This document shows, one piece after another, positions 1 through 9,000 of a stretch of 32,000 nt of DNA. How positions within the stretch are numbered: the first letter of the stretch is position 1; every line of letters begins with the position of its first letter. The translations under genes were made by a program, and so were the position numbers. The notes below the pieces were generated by a model. The model saw only the letters and a program-made list of their open reading frames with translations, ran no database searches and had not been told where the DNA came from. The DNA is from Propionibacterium ruminifibrarum (lineage in GTDB: Bacteria; Actinomycetota; Actinomycetes; Propionibacteriales; Propionibacteriaceae): assembly GCF_900289195.1 (NCBI RefSeq), contig NZ_OMOH01000004.1:270001-302000 (forward strand). Direction: 5' to 3'.

Positions 1-635
1 TCGCCGCCGTCATCTTCCGGGTCACCAGCCGCATCTGGCCGCTTCCGGCTCCGCGCGGGGAGACCCTGTGCCGGCCGCCCTCGCCCGACCAGGAGCTGAC
101 CTTCGGCAGTCTCGACGCCCCGCACGTGCTCATCAACTACGCCGACATGAGTCACGAGGACCGCTGGCGTCTCGCCGAGGCCCTCTACGGCCTCCAGCCA
201 CTCATCGATTCCGGTGAGGTGCTGCTGATCCTGCGTCACAAGCTGTCGGGGCCGGAGAGCCTGCTCGCGGCGCTCGCGCTCGAGGCGGCCGGGGCGAACA
301 AGGAGCCGAACCTGTGGCCCTTCCACGACGCCATCGCCGTGCTGCGTGGTCGTATCAGCCCACGGTCCATCACCCGGGTCGCCCGCGAGGTCGGCATCGA
401 CGTCGAGGCCCTGTGGCGGCGCATCGACTCCCGGGCGGACGAGGCCAAGGTGCTCGCCGACTCCGCCGAGGTCGAGGGGCTGACCGAGGACGCCAGCCCG
501 GTCGTCTACATCGACGGGCGCCGATTCGACCAGCTGCTCAACCGCTGGACGTTCTCCGAGGAGATCACCCGGTTGCAGCAGGCCGCAGCGGACTCGGGCC
601 CCGATCCGGCCCCCGACGAGGCCGACGAGGCCTGA
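1..635 (+). CDS. DsbA-like thioredoxin-fold protein, 5' end outside the window; no CxxC at the expected active-site position
   Basis: Frame 3 is open from nt 3 to the TGA at 633-635; the track ORF only begins at an internal GTG at 126. The layout matches the DsbA/Thioredoxin_4 pattern: GSLDAPHVLINYADMSHEDRW ... LWPFHDAI ... GIDVEAL ... SPVVYIDGRRF. The position normally holding CPxC reads SHED. Confidence 0.6.
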   Translation, partial: AAVIFRVTSRIWPLPAPRGETLCRPPSPDQELTFGSLDAPHVLINYADMSHEDRWRLAEALYGLQPLIDSGEVLLILRHKLSGPESLLAALALEAAGANKEPNLWPFHDAIAVLRGRISPRSITRVAREVGIDVEALWRRIDSRADEAKVLADSAEVEGLTEDASPVVYIDGRRFDQLLNRWTFSEEITRLQQAAADSGPDPAPDEADEA

Positions 636-803
636 GCAGGTCGGGCACGGCGCCGGTAGGGTCGAGGAGCGCACTTCCAGCGGGCCGACAGTGCTGCACG
701 GCCACGGCGCCAGTTCGCGCAGGGTGTGCCCTTGGCAGGGAAGGACCCGCACCGGGACGCACCCGGGTCGAATGGAGGGCTCTCACCCAAGGCCGCCACG
801 ACA

Positions 804-829
804 CCGCCCGGCCATTGGCGGCCGGGCGG
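804..829 (-). terminator. GC hairpin directly downstream of the lysS stop
   Basis: CCGCCCGGCC (804-813) pairs perfectly with GGCCGGGCGG (820-829) around a 6-nt loop. It lies 5 nt past the lysS stop (834-836) and has no clear U-tract. Confidence 0.4.
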
Positions 830-833
830 AGGG

Positions 834-2363
834 TCAGCCCTGGGGGCGCAGCAGCGGGAACAGGATCGTCTCGCGGATCCCGGTGCCGGTGAACAGCATG
901 ATGAGCCGGTCGACGCCCAGGCCGAGCCCGCCCATGGGCGGGCAGCCCTGTTCGAGCGCGGCGAGGAAGTCCTCGTCGAGCTGCATGGCCTCGGGGTCGC
1001 CGGCGGCCGCGGCGAGCGACTGGGCCGTGAGGATCTCGCGCTGGACGACAGGGTCGACGAGTTCACTGAAGCCGGTGCCGCGCTCCATGCCGCCGATGAT
1101 GAGGTCCCAGGCCTCGATGCAACCGGGCTTGGAGCGGTGGCGGCGTGCCAGCGGCTGGGCGATCTCGGGATAGTCGCAGACGAAGGTCGGCTGCAGCAGG
1201 TCCTTCTCGACGAGCTCGCCGAAGAGTTCGACGACCATCTTCTGAGCCCCCCAGTCCGCGCTGAAGCCCACCTGATGGGCCTCGGCGATCCGGCGCAGCT
1301 CATCGAGGGGGGTCTCGGGGGTGATCTCCTGGCCGAGCCGGTTGGACAGGCCCTCGTGGACGGGCAGCCACGCCCATTCGCCGTCGAGGTCGATGACGCC
1401 GCGCTCGGTCTCGATCCGGTGGGTGCCGAGGGCGTCGGCGACCCGCATGATGACGGCCTTGAGGGTGTCGGCGATCGTGAACTGGTCGCCCCAGCTCTGG
1501 TAGGCCTCGAGCATCGTGAACTCGGGGCTGTGCGAGGAGTCGACGCCCTCGTTGCGGAAGACCCGCCCGATCTCGTAGACCCGGTCGGCGCCGCCGACCA
1601 TGACGCGCTTGAGGTGCAGCTCGAGCGCGATGCGCAGGTACATGTCGATGTCGAAGGCGTTCAGGTGAGTGGCGAACGGGCGGGCTGCGGCGCCGCCGTG
1701 CAGGGTCTGCAGGACCGGGCCCTCGACCTCGAGGTAGCCCTGCTCCTCGAGTTCGGCGCGGATGGCGCGGGTGATGTGCGCGCGGGTACGCAGCATGGTG
1801 CGGGCCTGCTCGCGGACGATGAGGTCGTTGTGGCGCTGGCGTACGCGCGACTCCTCGGACAGCTCCTTGTGGAGGGTCGGCAGCGGGCGCAGGGCCTTGG
1901 AGGCGAGCCGCCACTGCGAGGCCAGCACCGACAGCTCGCCGCGTTTGGACGCGATGACGCGGCCGCGCACCCAGACGAAGTCACCCAGGTCGATGTCGGA
2001 CTTCCACGAGGCGAGGGCCTCCTCGCCGATCTCGGCGCGCGAGAGCATGATCTGCAGGCGTTCGGCGTCGGCGTCCGGTGTGAAGCCGTCCTGGACGGTG
2101 GCGAAGCACAGCTTCCCCGAGTTGCGCAGGAGCACGACCCGGCCGCCGACGGTCACCTCGTCCTGGGTCTCCTGCCCGGGCTCCAGGTCGGGCCAGCCGG
2201 CCCGCACCTGGGCGAGCGTGTGGGTCCGTCGCAGGTCGACCGGGTAGGGCTGCTTGCCCTCGTCGAGGCAGCGCCGACGCTTCTCGGCGCGGACGCGCAT
2301 CTGCTCGGGAAGGTCCTGCTCAGACGCCTGGTTCGTGGGGCTGGTCGGCTGCTGGGAACTCAC
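834..2363 (-). CDS. lysS: Lysine--tRNA ligase (class II)
   Basis: 509-aa ORF with a GTG start. It has an N-terminal OB-fold segment (VTVGGRVVLLRNSGKLCFATVQDG), a class II core (YEIGRVFRNEG) and the C-terminal GGLGLGVDRLIML motif typical of LysRS. Confidence 0.95.
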   Translation of the reverse strand: MSSQQPTSPTNQASEQDLPEQMRVRAEKRRRCLDEGKQPYPVDLRRTHTLAQVRAGWPDLEPGQETQDEVTVGGRVVLLRNSGKLCFATVQDGFTPDADAERLQIMLSRAEIGEEALASWKSDIDLGDFVWVRGRVIASKRGELSVLASQWRLASKALRPLPTLHKELSEESRVRQRHNDLIVREQARTMLRTRAHITRAIRAELEEQGYLEVEGPVLQTLHGGAAARPFATHLNAFDIDMYLRIALELHLKRVMVGGADRVYEIGRVFRNEGVDSSHSPEFTMLEAYQSWGDQFTIADTLKAVIMRVADALGTHRIETERGVIDLDGEWAWLPVHEGLSNRLGQEITPETPLDELRRIAEAHQVGFSADWGAQKMVVELFGELVEKDLLQPTFVCDYPEIAQPLARRHRSKPGCIEAWDLIIGGMERGTGFSELVDPVVQREILTAQSLAAAAGDPEAMQLDEDFLAALEQGCPPMGGLGLGVDRLIMLFTGTGIRETILFPLLRPQG

Positions 2364-2382
2364 CCGGACAGACTACCGTGGG

Positions 2383-2431
2383 GCGCGCGCGGCCCCGCCA
2401 CCGTGACAACCGATGGCGGGGCCGCGCGCGC
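2383..2431 (-). terminator. 17-bp perfect GC hairpin after ugd, at the end of the six-gene operon
   Basis: GCGCGCGCGGCCCCGCC (2383-2399) is the exact reverse complement of 2415-2431, with a 15-nt loop. It starts 8 nt after the ugd stop codon (2439-2441) and sits just upstream of the lysS start (2363). Confidence 0.5.
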
Positions 2432-2438
2432 GTCCGGT

Positions 2439-3899
2439 TCACCGCCTGCCGGGGCCGCCGCACCGCAGCAGCCGGCGACGGCTGCCGACCGACCCGCTGA
2501 GTTGGCGTTCGGGCCGCCTGGCGGTGGCCGGGGTCGCGCGGTGCCGGGCCAGCTCGGGCCGTGACAGCCCGGGGCCGGACGGCGGCCGCCCCAGGCCGAG
2601 GTGGGTCCAGCCGGCCTCACGCCAGCGCCCGGGGTCCAGGGCGTTGCGACCGTCGATGACGACCGGGCGCGCCACCTGGCCAGCGGCCTCGGCCGGGTCC
2701 AAGTCGATGAACTCCTGCCACTCGGTCAGCAGCAGCACCACCTCGGCGCCCTCGAGGGCGGCCAGGGGGTCGCGGCGGGTGTCGAGCCCGGGGTGGAGGC
2801 GCTCGACGACATCCAGCGCCCGGGGATCGCACACCCGCACCAGGGCGCCCCGGTCGGCCAGGCGCAGGGCGACATCGAGGGCCGGTGAGTCGCGCACGTC
2901 GTCGCTGTCGGGTTTGAAGGCGGCGCCGAGCACCGTGACCCGCGCACCGGCCACGTCACCGCCCAGCCAGCGTTCGGCCAGGGCCACGACCCGGTCGCGG
3001 CGGCGCTGGTTGATGGCGTCGACCTGCTTGAGGAAGGTGAGGGCGTCCCCGACGCCCAGCTCCTCGGCGCGGGCGACGAAGGCGCGGATGTCCTTCGGCA
3101 GGCAGCCGCCGCCGAACCCGACGCCGGCGCGCAGGAACTTCCGGCCGATGCGGTCGTCGTAGCCGAGCACGTCGGCCAGGGCCACGACGTCGCCGCCGGT
3201 CGCCTCGCACAGCTCGGCCATGGCGTTGATGAAGCTGATCTTCGTGGCGAGGAAGGAGTTGGCCGCCATCTTGACCAGCTCGGCGGTCGGGTAGTTCGTG
3301 GCGATCCGGGGGATGCCCTCGGCCAGCAGCGGGGCGTAGGCGGCGTCCAGCGCCTCGCGGCCGCGCCGGGCCTGCGCGGGGTCGTCGGGCAGCCCGTAGA
3401 CGATGCGGTCCGGGTGCAGGGTGTCCTCGACGGCGCGGCCCTCGCGCAGGAATTCGGGGTTCCACACCAGGGTGGCCCCGCTCGCGGCGAGGCGCTCGGC
3501 GAGACGTTTCGCGGTACCCACCGGCACCGTCGACTTGCCGGCGACGACGGGCCGGGCGCCGACGGGCACGGCCGCGAGGATCGTGTCGAGGGCCGACTCG
3601 ACGGCGCTCAGGTCTGCCGAGCCGTCGTCGGACTGCGGGGTGCCGACGGTGATGAAGTGCAGTTCCGCGTCGGCCAGCCCGTCGTCGGCCGGCGTGGTCG
3701 TGAACCGCAGCCGGCCGCTGCGCACGGCCCGCTGGAGCAGTTCGCCCAGGCCGGGTTCGAAGAAGGGGGGCCTGCCGTCGGCGAGGGCGTTGACGCGTGC
3801 GGCGTCGACGTCCACGCCCAGGACATCATGACCGAGGGACGCCAGGGCGGCGGCGTGCACGGCTCCGAGATAACCGCAGCCAAGAACGGAGATTCGCAT
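2439..3899 (-). CDS. ugd: UDP-glucose 6-dehydrogenase
   Basis: The true start is ATG at 3899 (aa 334 of the 819-aa track ORF), preceded by GGAAAGGA 8 nt upstream. It has the N-terminal Rossmann motif MRISVLGCGYLGAVHAA and the catalytic-Cys motif GFGGGCLPKD, with family-typical sequence throughout. About 48 extra Arg/Pro-rich residues follow the usual ...GLGR end. Confidence 0.9.
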   Translation of the reverse strand: MRISVLGCGYLGAVHAAALASLGHDVLGVDVDAARVNALADGRPPFFEPGLGELLQRAVRSGRLRFTTTPADDGLADAELHFITVGTPQSDDGSADLSAVESALDTILAAVPVGARPVVAGKSTVPVGTAKRLAERLAASGATLVWNPEFLREGRAVEDTLHPDRIVYGLPDDPAQARRGREALDAAYAPLLAEGIPRIATNYPTAELVKMAANSFLATKISFINAMAELCEATGGDVVALADVLGYDDRIGRKFLRAGVGFGGGCLPKDIRAFVARAEELGVGDALTFLKQVDAINQRRRDRVVALAERWLGGDVAGARVTVLGAAFKPDSDDVRDSPALDVALRLADRGALVRVCDPRALDVVERLHPGLDTRRDPLAALEGAEVVLLLTEWQEFIDLDPAEAAGQVARPVVIDGRNALDPGRWREAGWTHLGLGRPPSGPGLSRPELARHRATPATARRPERQLSGSVGSRRRLLRCGGPGRR

Positions 3900-3949
3900 G
3901 GTGGGGTTCCTTTCCGTGGTGTCGGTCGGTTCTGGTGCCGCCGGGGCGA

Positions 3950-4951
3950 TCACGGCGGCCGCGGACCCGCCAGGCAGGCCTCGACCCACTGTTCGAGCCA
4001 GCGGTCCGCGGCGGGCCGGAAGGAGTGGACGAAGGCCAGCCGCAGGCGGGCGGCCCTCCAGTAGCGGTCGACGTGGGCCGGGCTCGCCCCCAGGCCGCGG
4101 GCCAGGTCGGCCAGGTGCCCGGTCACCCGCCGGTGGCCGTCGGCGCTGAGCGAGCCCGCCAGGCGGCTCAGTTCGGCGTGGGCCAGCAGGTTCCCCACGT
4201 CCAGGGCGGCCTCGCCCCGGGCCGCGGTGTCCAGGTCGAGGACGCCGAGCGCGGCGCCGTCCCACAGCAGCTGGCCGTCGTGCAGGTCGCGGTGCAGCAG
4301 CGCCGGCGGGTCGGTACCGGCCGCCAGGTCGGCGCAGGCCCGTTCGACCGCGCGGCGCAGCGGCCCGAGCGGGCCCACGGCGCCGTGCTCGGCGGCGGCG
4401 GTGTACCAGCGGTCGAGTACCGCGGCCTCGTCGGCGGGAGAGTGCTCGGCGCGGGCCTGGTCCACGTGGCGGGCGATGAGCGGCCAGGCGCCGGCCAGGC
4501 GGGCCCAGCCGTCCAGGCCGTCGTCGCCCAGTTCGTGCAGTGAGCGTCCCGGCAGCAGGGTGAACTCGACGCGCGCCTCGGTGGCGTCCAGCACCCGCGC
4601 GGCCCGCAGCCCGGTGCCGGCGCACAGGCCGGCGATCCGGCTGGAGACGGCGGCCACGCGGGCTGCGCGGCCGGGGCGCAGCAGTTTGACGGCCCGGTCG
4701 GGGCACATGACGACGGCGCGGCGGCCGAACCGGTGCACGACGAGCCGGCCGCGGGTCGGGGCGGACAGTTCGGGCAGGCTGGGGTCGGTGGCGTAGCCGG
4801 TCAGCTCGCTCTCGCCCCAGACGTCGATGCGTCCGGCGCGCAGCAGGCCGTCCGGGTCGCGCTGCTCGAAGGTGATGGCGCCCTGCCGCGCCGGCCATGC
4901 CCGGATGATCCCGTCGGTCGCCCGCAGTGTCGTCAGTGCCGCGCTCGTCAT
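3950..4951 (-). CDS. APH-fold (aminoglycoside/choline-kinase-like) phosphotransferase, substrate unknown
   Basis: 333 aa from the ATG at 4951 (aa 70 of the track ORF), which overlaps the upstream stop as ATGA. The SD GAGGAGG lies 7 nt upstream. The catalytic loop is LLHRDLHDGQLL and the metal-binding segment is VLDLDTAARGE. Confidence 0.75.
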   Translation of the reverse strand: MTSAALTTLRATDGIIRAWPARQGAITFEQRDPDGLLRAGRIDVWGESELTGYATDPSLPELSAPTRGRLVVHRFGRRAVVMCPDRAVKLLRPGRAARVAAVSSRIAGLCAGTGLRAARVLDATEARVEFTLLPGRSLHELGDDGLDGWARLAGAWPLIARHVDQARAEHSPADEAAVLDRWYTAAAEHGAVGPLGPLRRAVERACADLAAGTDPPALLHRDLHDGQLLWDGAALGVLDLDTAARGEAALDVGNLLAHAELSRLAGSLSADGHRRVTGHLADLARGLGASPAHVDRYWRAARLRLAFVHSFRPAADRWLEQWVEACLAGPRPP

Positions 4952-6078
4952 CGGAGCACCTCCTCGAGCCGGTCCAGCCGCTCGCCGACGAGCCGCGCCC
5001 AGCCGGGCCGTGCCTCGCGCAGGGGTTCGACGGCCCGCAGGAGCAGGGCCCCGGCGAGCGCTGTGCGCTGCTGCGGGCCTGACGGGACGTGTCCGCCGGC
5101 GTCCCGGTAGCCCGCCAGGAACGCCTGGACGCCGGGCTCGTCGGCCGTCATGAGCCAAGAACCCAGGTCGGCTGCGGCGGGCGCCAGGTGGGCCCGGTCG
5201 AAGTCGGTCAGCCAGACCCCGCCGTCACCGCTGGTGAGCACCTGGTCGGGCGAGAAATCGCCGTGTACGAGCACCACCGGGCCCGGCAGCCCGGCCAGGG
5301 CGCGGGCGGCGAGGGCGCGCATCCGCTGCGCCAGCGGCCGGTCCAGGGCGTCGAGGACGCCGGCATGGGCCTCGGCCTGCCGCCACGGGTCGACGACGCG
5401 GCGGGACAGTGGTTCGCGCAGCGGGCCGGGCAGCTGGTCGGTGCTGCGGTGGAGGGCCGCGATGAGGGCGCCGGCGGTCCGGCTGCCCCGCGGGTCGGGC
5501 CGGCGCCCCAGGTCGCTGTCACCGGTGTAGCGCAGCACGGCCAGGTGCGGGTCCGCGCCGTCGTCGACCCGTTCGGGGACGGCCACATGGGCGGACACGA
5601 AGTCGTGCACGTCGCGGCCCAGCGGGTCGGCCTCGGCTAGGACCCGCACCACCAGGTCGTCGCGGCGCAGCACCAGGCGTCTCAGCGGGTTGTAGCGCAG
5701 CGCCGTCTCCTCGGGACGGCCGCCGACGAGCCCTCTGCCGCCGGCCTGCCTCAGCGGGCGGCGGAGCCTGGGGTCGGCGAGGATCTCGCCGTGCTGGAGC
5801 ACCAGCCCGCCGGGCAGGGTGCGCCAGCCCACGAGCAGGCCGCGCCGGGCGGCGCTCATGCTGGTCTTGTCGGCCTTCGACAGGCCGCCGGGCCACAGGA
5901 TGCGTGCCCAGCCGCGGGACCGGCCCGTGCCGGGGTCGGCGAGGGAGACGGTCACCGAGGTGTCGGGTTTGATCCGCAGGTGATCGGCCCGCACGTCGCA
6001 GCCGAGCAGTCCGCTGAGCCTGGAGGCGTCCAGCACGGCATCCACGACGTCCAGGGTTCGGGTGCCGTCCACCGTCAC
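4948..6078 (-). CDS. APH-fold phosphotransferase, substrate unknown (divergent from its neighbour)
   Basis: 376 aa. The GTG start at 6078 overlaps the ABC gene stop as GTGA. The catalytic loop is VLVHGDFSPDQVL, followed by the WLTDFDRA (DFD) metal-binding motif. Confidence 0.75.
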   Translation of the reverse strand: MTVDGTRTLDVVDAVLDASRLSGLLGCDVRADHLRIKPDTSVTVSLADPGTGRSRGWARILWPGGLSKADKTSMSAARRGLLVGWRTLPGGLVLQHGEILADPRLRRPLRQAGGRGLVGGRPEETALRYNPLRRLVLRRDDLVVRVLAEADPLGRDVHDFVSAHVAVPERVDDGADPHLAVLRYTGDSDLGRRPDPRGSRTAGALIAALHRSTDQLPGPLREPLSRRVVDPWRQAEAHAGVLDALDRPLAQRMRALAARALAGLPGPVVLVHGDFSPDQVLTSGDGGVWLTDFDRAHLAPAAADLGSWLMTADEPGVQAFLAGYRDAGGHVPSGPQQRTALAGALLLRAVEPLREARPGWARLVGERLDRLEEVLR

Positions 6079-7877
6079 CGCCCCCCGATCCTGATCTCGC
6101 CGCTGTGGTGGCCGCTGGCCTCGACCCAGCCGCGGAAGATCCGGCTGGTCTCCATCAGGTCCTGCGGCTGGCCGTCGAGCATGATGTTCCCGTCCTGCAC
6201 CCAGACGACGCGGGTGGCGCGCAGCGCGACCTCGGCGTCATGGGTGACGGCCAGGGTGGTGCGGCCCACCACGAGGTGACTGATCGCGTCCAGCACCAGG
6301 CGCGCCGAGGCTGGGTCCAGCCCGGTGGTCGCCTCGTCGAGGATCACGACCGGGGCGTCGCGCAGCAGGGCGCGGGCGATGGCCACGCGCTGGCGCTGGC
6401 CGCCGGACAGGGTGCCGCCCCGCTCGCCGACGGTCGTGTCGTACCCGTCGGGCAGCTCCATGATGAAGTCGTGGGCGTAGGCGGCGCGGGCCGCCTGCTC
6501 GACCTCGGCGTCGCTGGCCCCCTGACGGCCCAGCCGGATGTTCTCCCGCACCGTGCCGGCGAACAGGACGGCCTCCTGGTGCAGCAGCGAGATGTTCGCC
6601 CGCAGTTCCTTCAGGTCGAGGTCGCGCAGCCGGTTGCCGTCCAGGGTGACCTCGCCGTACGTCGGGTCCTGGGCGCGCACCAGCAGGGACACGAGGGTGG
6701 ACTTGCCGGCCCCGGAGGGTCCGATGAGTGCCACGACCTCGCCGGGCGCGGCGCTCAGGCTCAGCCCGTGGAGCACCTCGGTGTCCTCGTAGGCGGCGTG
6801 CACGTTCTCGAAGCGCACCATGCCGCGAGCCCGCCCGATCCGCAACGGGCTGGGCGGGTTGACGATGTCGGGTTGCACCGCCATGAGGTCGGCCACGCGT
6901 TCCCCGGAGGCCGTGGCCTGGGCGATCCGGCCCGTGTACTTCGCCATGTCGCGCAGGGGTTTCATCGTCGTGCGCAGGTAGCTGGTGAAGAGCACGAGGT
7001 CGCCCAGGCTCATGGCGCCGTCGAGGGCCCGCAGCGCCCCGCTGACCATGACGATGGCGGTGGCGAGGCCGATGATGACGTCCGTGGTGCGTTCGAGCCG
7101 GGCGGACAGGCGCCGGGAGGCCACGCCCGAGCGCAGGGACGTCTGGTTGGCCGAGCCGAACCGGTCGGAGATGAGTTCCTCCAGGCCGTAGGCCTGCACC
7201 ACCTGGATGGCGGCGAGCGACTCCTGGGCGGTGTTCGCCAGGTGCCCCTCGCCCTTGCGGGTCTTGCGGGCCGCCGCCGTGATCTTCTGCGAGTTGCCCG
7301 CCGAGGTGAGGGCGAACAGGACGATCGCGCCGACCACGACGAGCGACAGCAGGGGGTCGAGCACGACCATGACCCCGAGCATGACCACCAGGGTGATGAC
7401 GTTGGCGACGAGCGGCAGGCCCGCGGTGATCACCACGTCCTGCATCCGGCCCACGTCGCTGACGATGCGCTGGACGGTGTCGGCGCTGCGGTTGCGGGAG
7501 TGGAACTGCAGGGAGAGCCCCTGCACGTGCCGGAAGATCCTGGCGCGCAGCGAGGTGGCCACGCGCGAACCGGCGAGGGCGAAGGCGACGGTGGCCAGGT
7601 AGTTCGTCAGGGCCCGCAGCCCGGTCAGGGCCAGCTGCGCGAAACCCCACCACATGAGCAGCCCGAGCGTGGCGGGGCGGTGCGAGCTGTCGGCGCCGAG
7701 CGCCGCCGAGACGGAGTCGACGACGTACTTCATGGGCCACGGCTCCAGCACCCGGAAGATCACCTCGGCCAGCAGGGCGCACACGCCGCCCGCCAGGAGT
7801 CTCGTGTGGGCGCGCGCGTCGGGGGCCAGCAGGCGCAGGGTGCGCACCAGGGCCTGTTTCCTGATCCGTTCAGCCAT
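6075..7877 (-). CDS. ABC exporter, fused permease + ATPase (type I / MsbA-like half transporter)
   Basis: 600 aa from the ATG at 7877 (aa 237 of the 836-aa track ORF), with GGAGGA 5 nt upstream. The N-terminal half is hydrophobic with six helices. It has Walker A GPSGAGKST, signature LSGGQRQR and Walker B VVILDEAT, all canonical. Confidence 0.9.
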   Translation of the reverse strand: MAERIRKQALVRTLRLLAPDARAHTRLLAGGVCALLAEVIFRVLEPWPMKYVVDSVSAALGADSSHRPATLGLLMWWGFAQLALTGLRALTNYLATVAFALAGSRVATSLRARIFRHVQGLSLQFHSRNRSADTVQRIVSDVGRMQDVVITAGLPLVANVITLVVMLGVMVVLDPLLSLVVVGAIVLFALTSAGNSQKITAAARKTRKGEGHLANTAQESLAAIQVVQAYGLEELISDRFGSANQTSLRSGVASRRLSARLERTTDVIIGLATAIVMVSGALRALDGAMSLGDLVLFTSYLRTTMKPLRDMAKYTGRIAQATASGERVADLMAVQPDIVNPPSPLRIGRARGMVRFENVHAAYEDTEVLHGLSLSAAPGEVVALIGPSGAGKSTLVSLLVRAQDPTYGEVTLDGNRLRDLDLKELRANISLLHQEAVLFAGTVRENIRLGRQGASDAEVEQAARAAYAHDFIMELPDGYDTTVGERGGTLSGGQRQRVAIARALLRDAPVVILDEATTGLDPASARLVLDAISHLVVGRTTLAVTHDAEVALRATRVVWVQDGNIMLDGQPQDLMETSRIFRGWVEASGHHSGEIRIGGR

Positions 7878-9000
7878 GGTCGTCCTCCATTCCGGCGAGC
7901 CGCATGATCCGGTCGACGACGCCCGCCCAGGAGTGACGCTCCTCGGCGCGGCGCCGCCCGGCGCGGCCGAGCTCGTCCCGGCGGTCGGGGTCGGCGGCGA
8001 GGGCGTCGATGGCCCGGGCGAGGGCCGCCGGGTCTGACGGGGGGACGAGAACGCCCAGCCCGTCGAGGATCTCGGGCAGCTGCCCGACCCGGGAGGCCAC
8101 CACGGGCAGGCCCGCCGCGAGGTACTCGTAGACCTTGAGCGGTGAGAAGTACTGGTCGTCCTCGGCACCGGTCCTCGGGTAGGGGGCGGCGCCGATGGCC
8201 GCACCGGCCAGGTGGGAGGGCATGTCCTGGGGGGCGACGGCCCCGCGGAAGTCGGCCCGCAGGCCGAGCCGGGCGGCCAGGCGTTCCAGTTCGGCACGCC
8301 GCGGCCCGTCGCCGATGATCCGCAGCCGCCAGGGCTCGCCGGCCAGGGACGCGGCCTTGAGCAGGTCCTCCACCCCGTGCCAGGGCTTGAGGGTGCCGAC
8401 GAAGGCCACCACGGGAACGCCCGGGGACGGGGGCCTGGGCACGATGCGGCGCACGCTGACGCCGTTGGGCACCGTGGCGGCTCGGGTGGCGCCGGTGCGT
8501 TCGACGACCCACCGGCGTACCGGGTCCGAGACGCAGATCGTCGCCGCGGCGGCCTCCACCTGGGCGCGCAGCGCCGCCAGGGCACCGGCCTCGTCGACCA
8601 GGCCGCGGTAGGTGCGCTGCTCGTCGATGAGGGGGGCGTTGACCTCGAGGACGCCGGGGACCCCGGCGCTCTCGTGCAGTCCGGCGAGCACGGTGGAGAA
8701 CAGCGAGTAGCGTTCGTAGACCATGTCGGCGCCCTCGGACAGGAGACGGCGGGTGATCTCGGCCACGGCCTCCTGCTGGGCGCGTTCCCGCCCGGCCGGG
8801 TCCTGGGCGGCCACCGGCAGCTCGGTCACGGGCAGGCCGGCGAGGTCGTCGGGCACCTCGTGGCCGCGGCGCGTCGTGTAGACCCGCACCTCGTGGCCGC
8901 GCGCCAGCAGCTCGCGCACCACCTCCTGCACGTGCACGGAGGCGCCCTTGGTGCCGAACACGGGGATGCCGGGGTCGACGGTGACGTAGGCGATGCGCAT
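7870..9000 (-). CDS. GT-B glycosyltransferase, family 4-like
   Basis: 376 aa, beginning MRIAYVTVDPGIPVFGTKGASVHV. The C-terminal nucleotide-sugar-binding segment is FSPLKVYEYLAAGLPVVASRVGQLPEIL. The ATG at 9000 shares 1 nt with the upstream TGA (TGATG), and GGAGGAGG lies upstream. Confidence 0.85.
   Translation of the reverse strand: MRIAYVTVDPGIPVFGTKGASVHVQEVVRELLARGHEVRVYTTRRGHEVPDDLAGLPVTELPVAAQDPAGRERAQQEAVAEITRRLLSEGADMVYERYSLFSTVLAGLHESAGVPGVLEVNAPLIDEQRTYRGLVDEAGALAALRAQVEAAAATICVSDPVRRWVVERTGATRAATVPNGVSVRRIVPRPPSPGVPVVAFVGTLKPWHGVEDLLKAASLAGEPWRLRIIGDGPRRAELERLAARLGLRADFRGAVAPQDMPSHLAGAAIGAAPYPRTGAEDDQYFSPLKVYEYLAAGLPVVASRVGQLPEILDGLGVLVPPSDPAALARAIDALAADPDRRDELGRAGRRRAEERHSWAGVVDRIMRLAGMEDDHG

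Noticed and set aside
726-2564. 612-aa plus-strand ORF, together with similar long ORFs at 6105-7907, 9336-11354, 14084-15781, 15841-16728, 16900-17859 and 20535-22982
   Set aside because: Each lies antisense to, or out of frame within, a gene with clear family motifs. Their translations are low-complexity Arg/Gly/Ala/Pro/Asp-rich strings with no motifs. This is the expected stop-codon-poor shadow-ORF artefact of a ~70% GC genome.
3900-4898. N-terminal 333 residues of the 819-aa track ORF upstream of Ugd, with similar run-ons at 4952-5158, 7878-8585, 20783-21226, 27006-27512 and 31485-31721
   Set aside because: The extensions are Arg/Pro-rich, overlap the preceding real gene in another frame, and are followed by an internal start. 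That start has an SD or a stop/start overlap and begins the recognisable domain.
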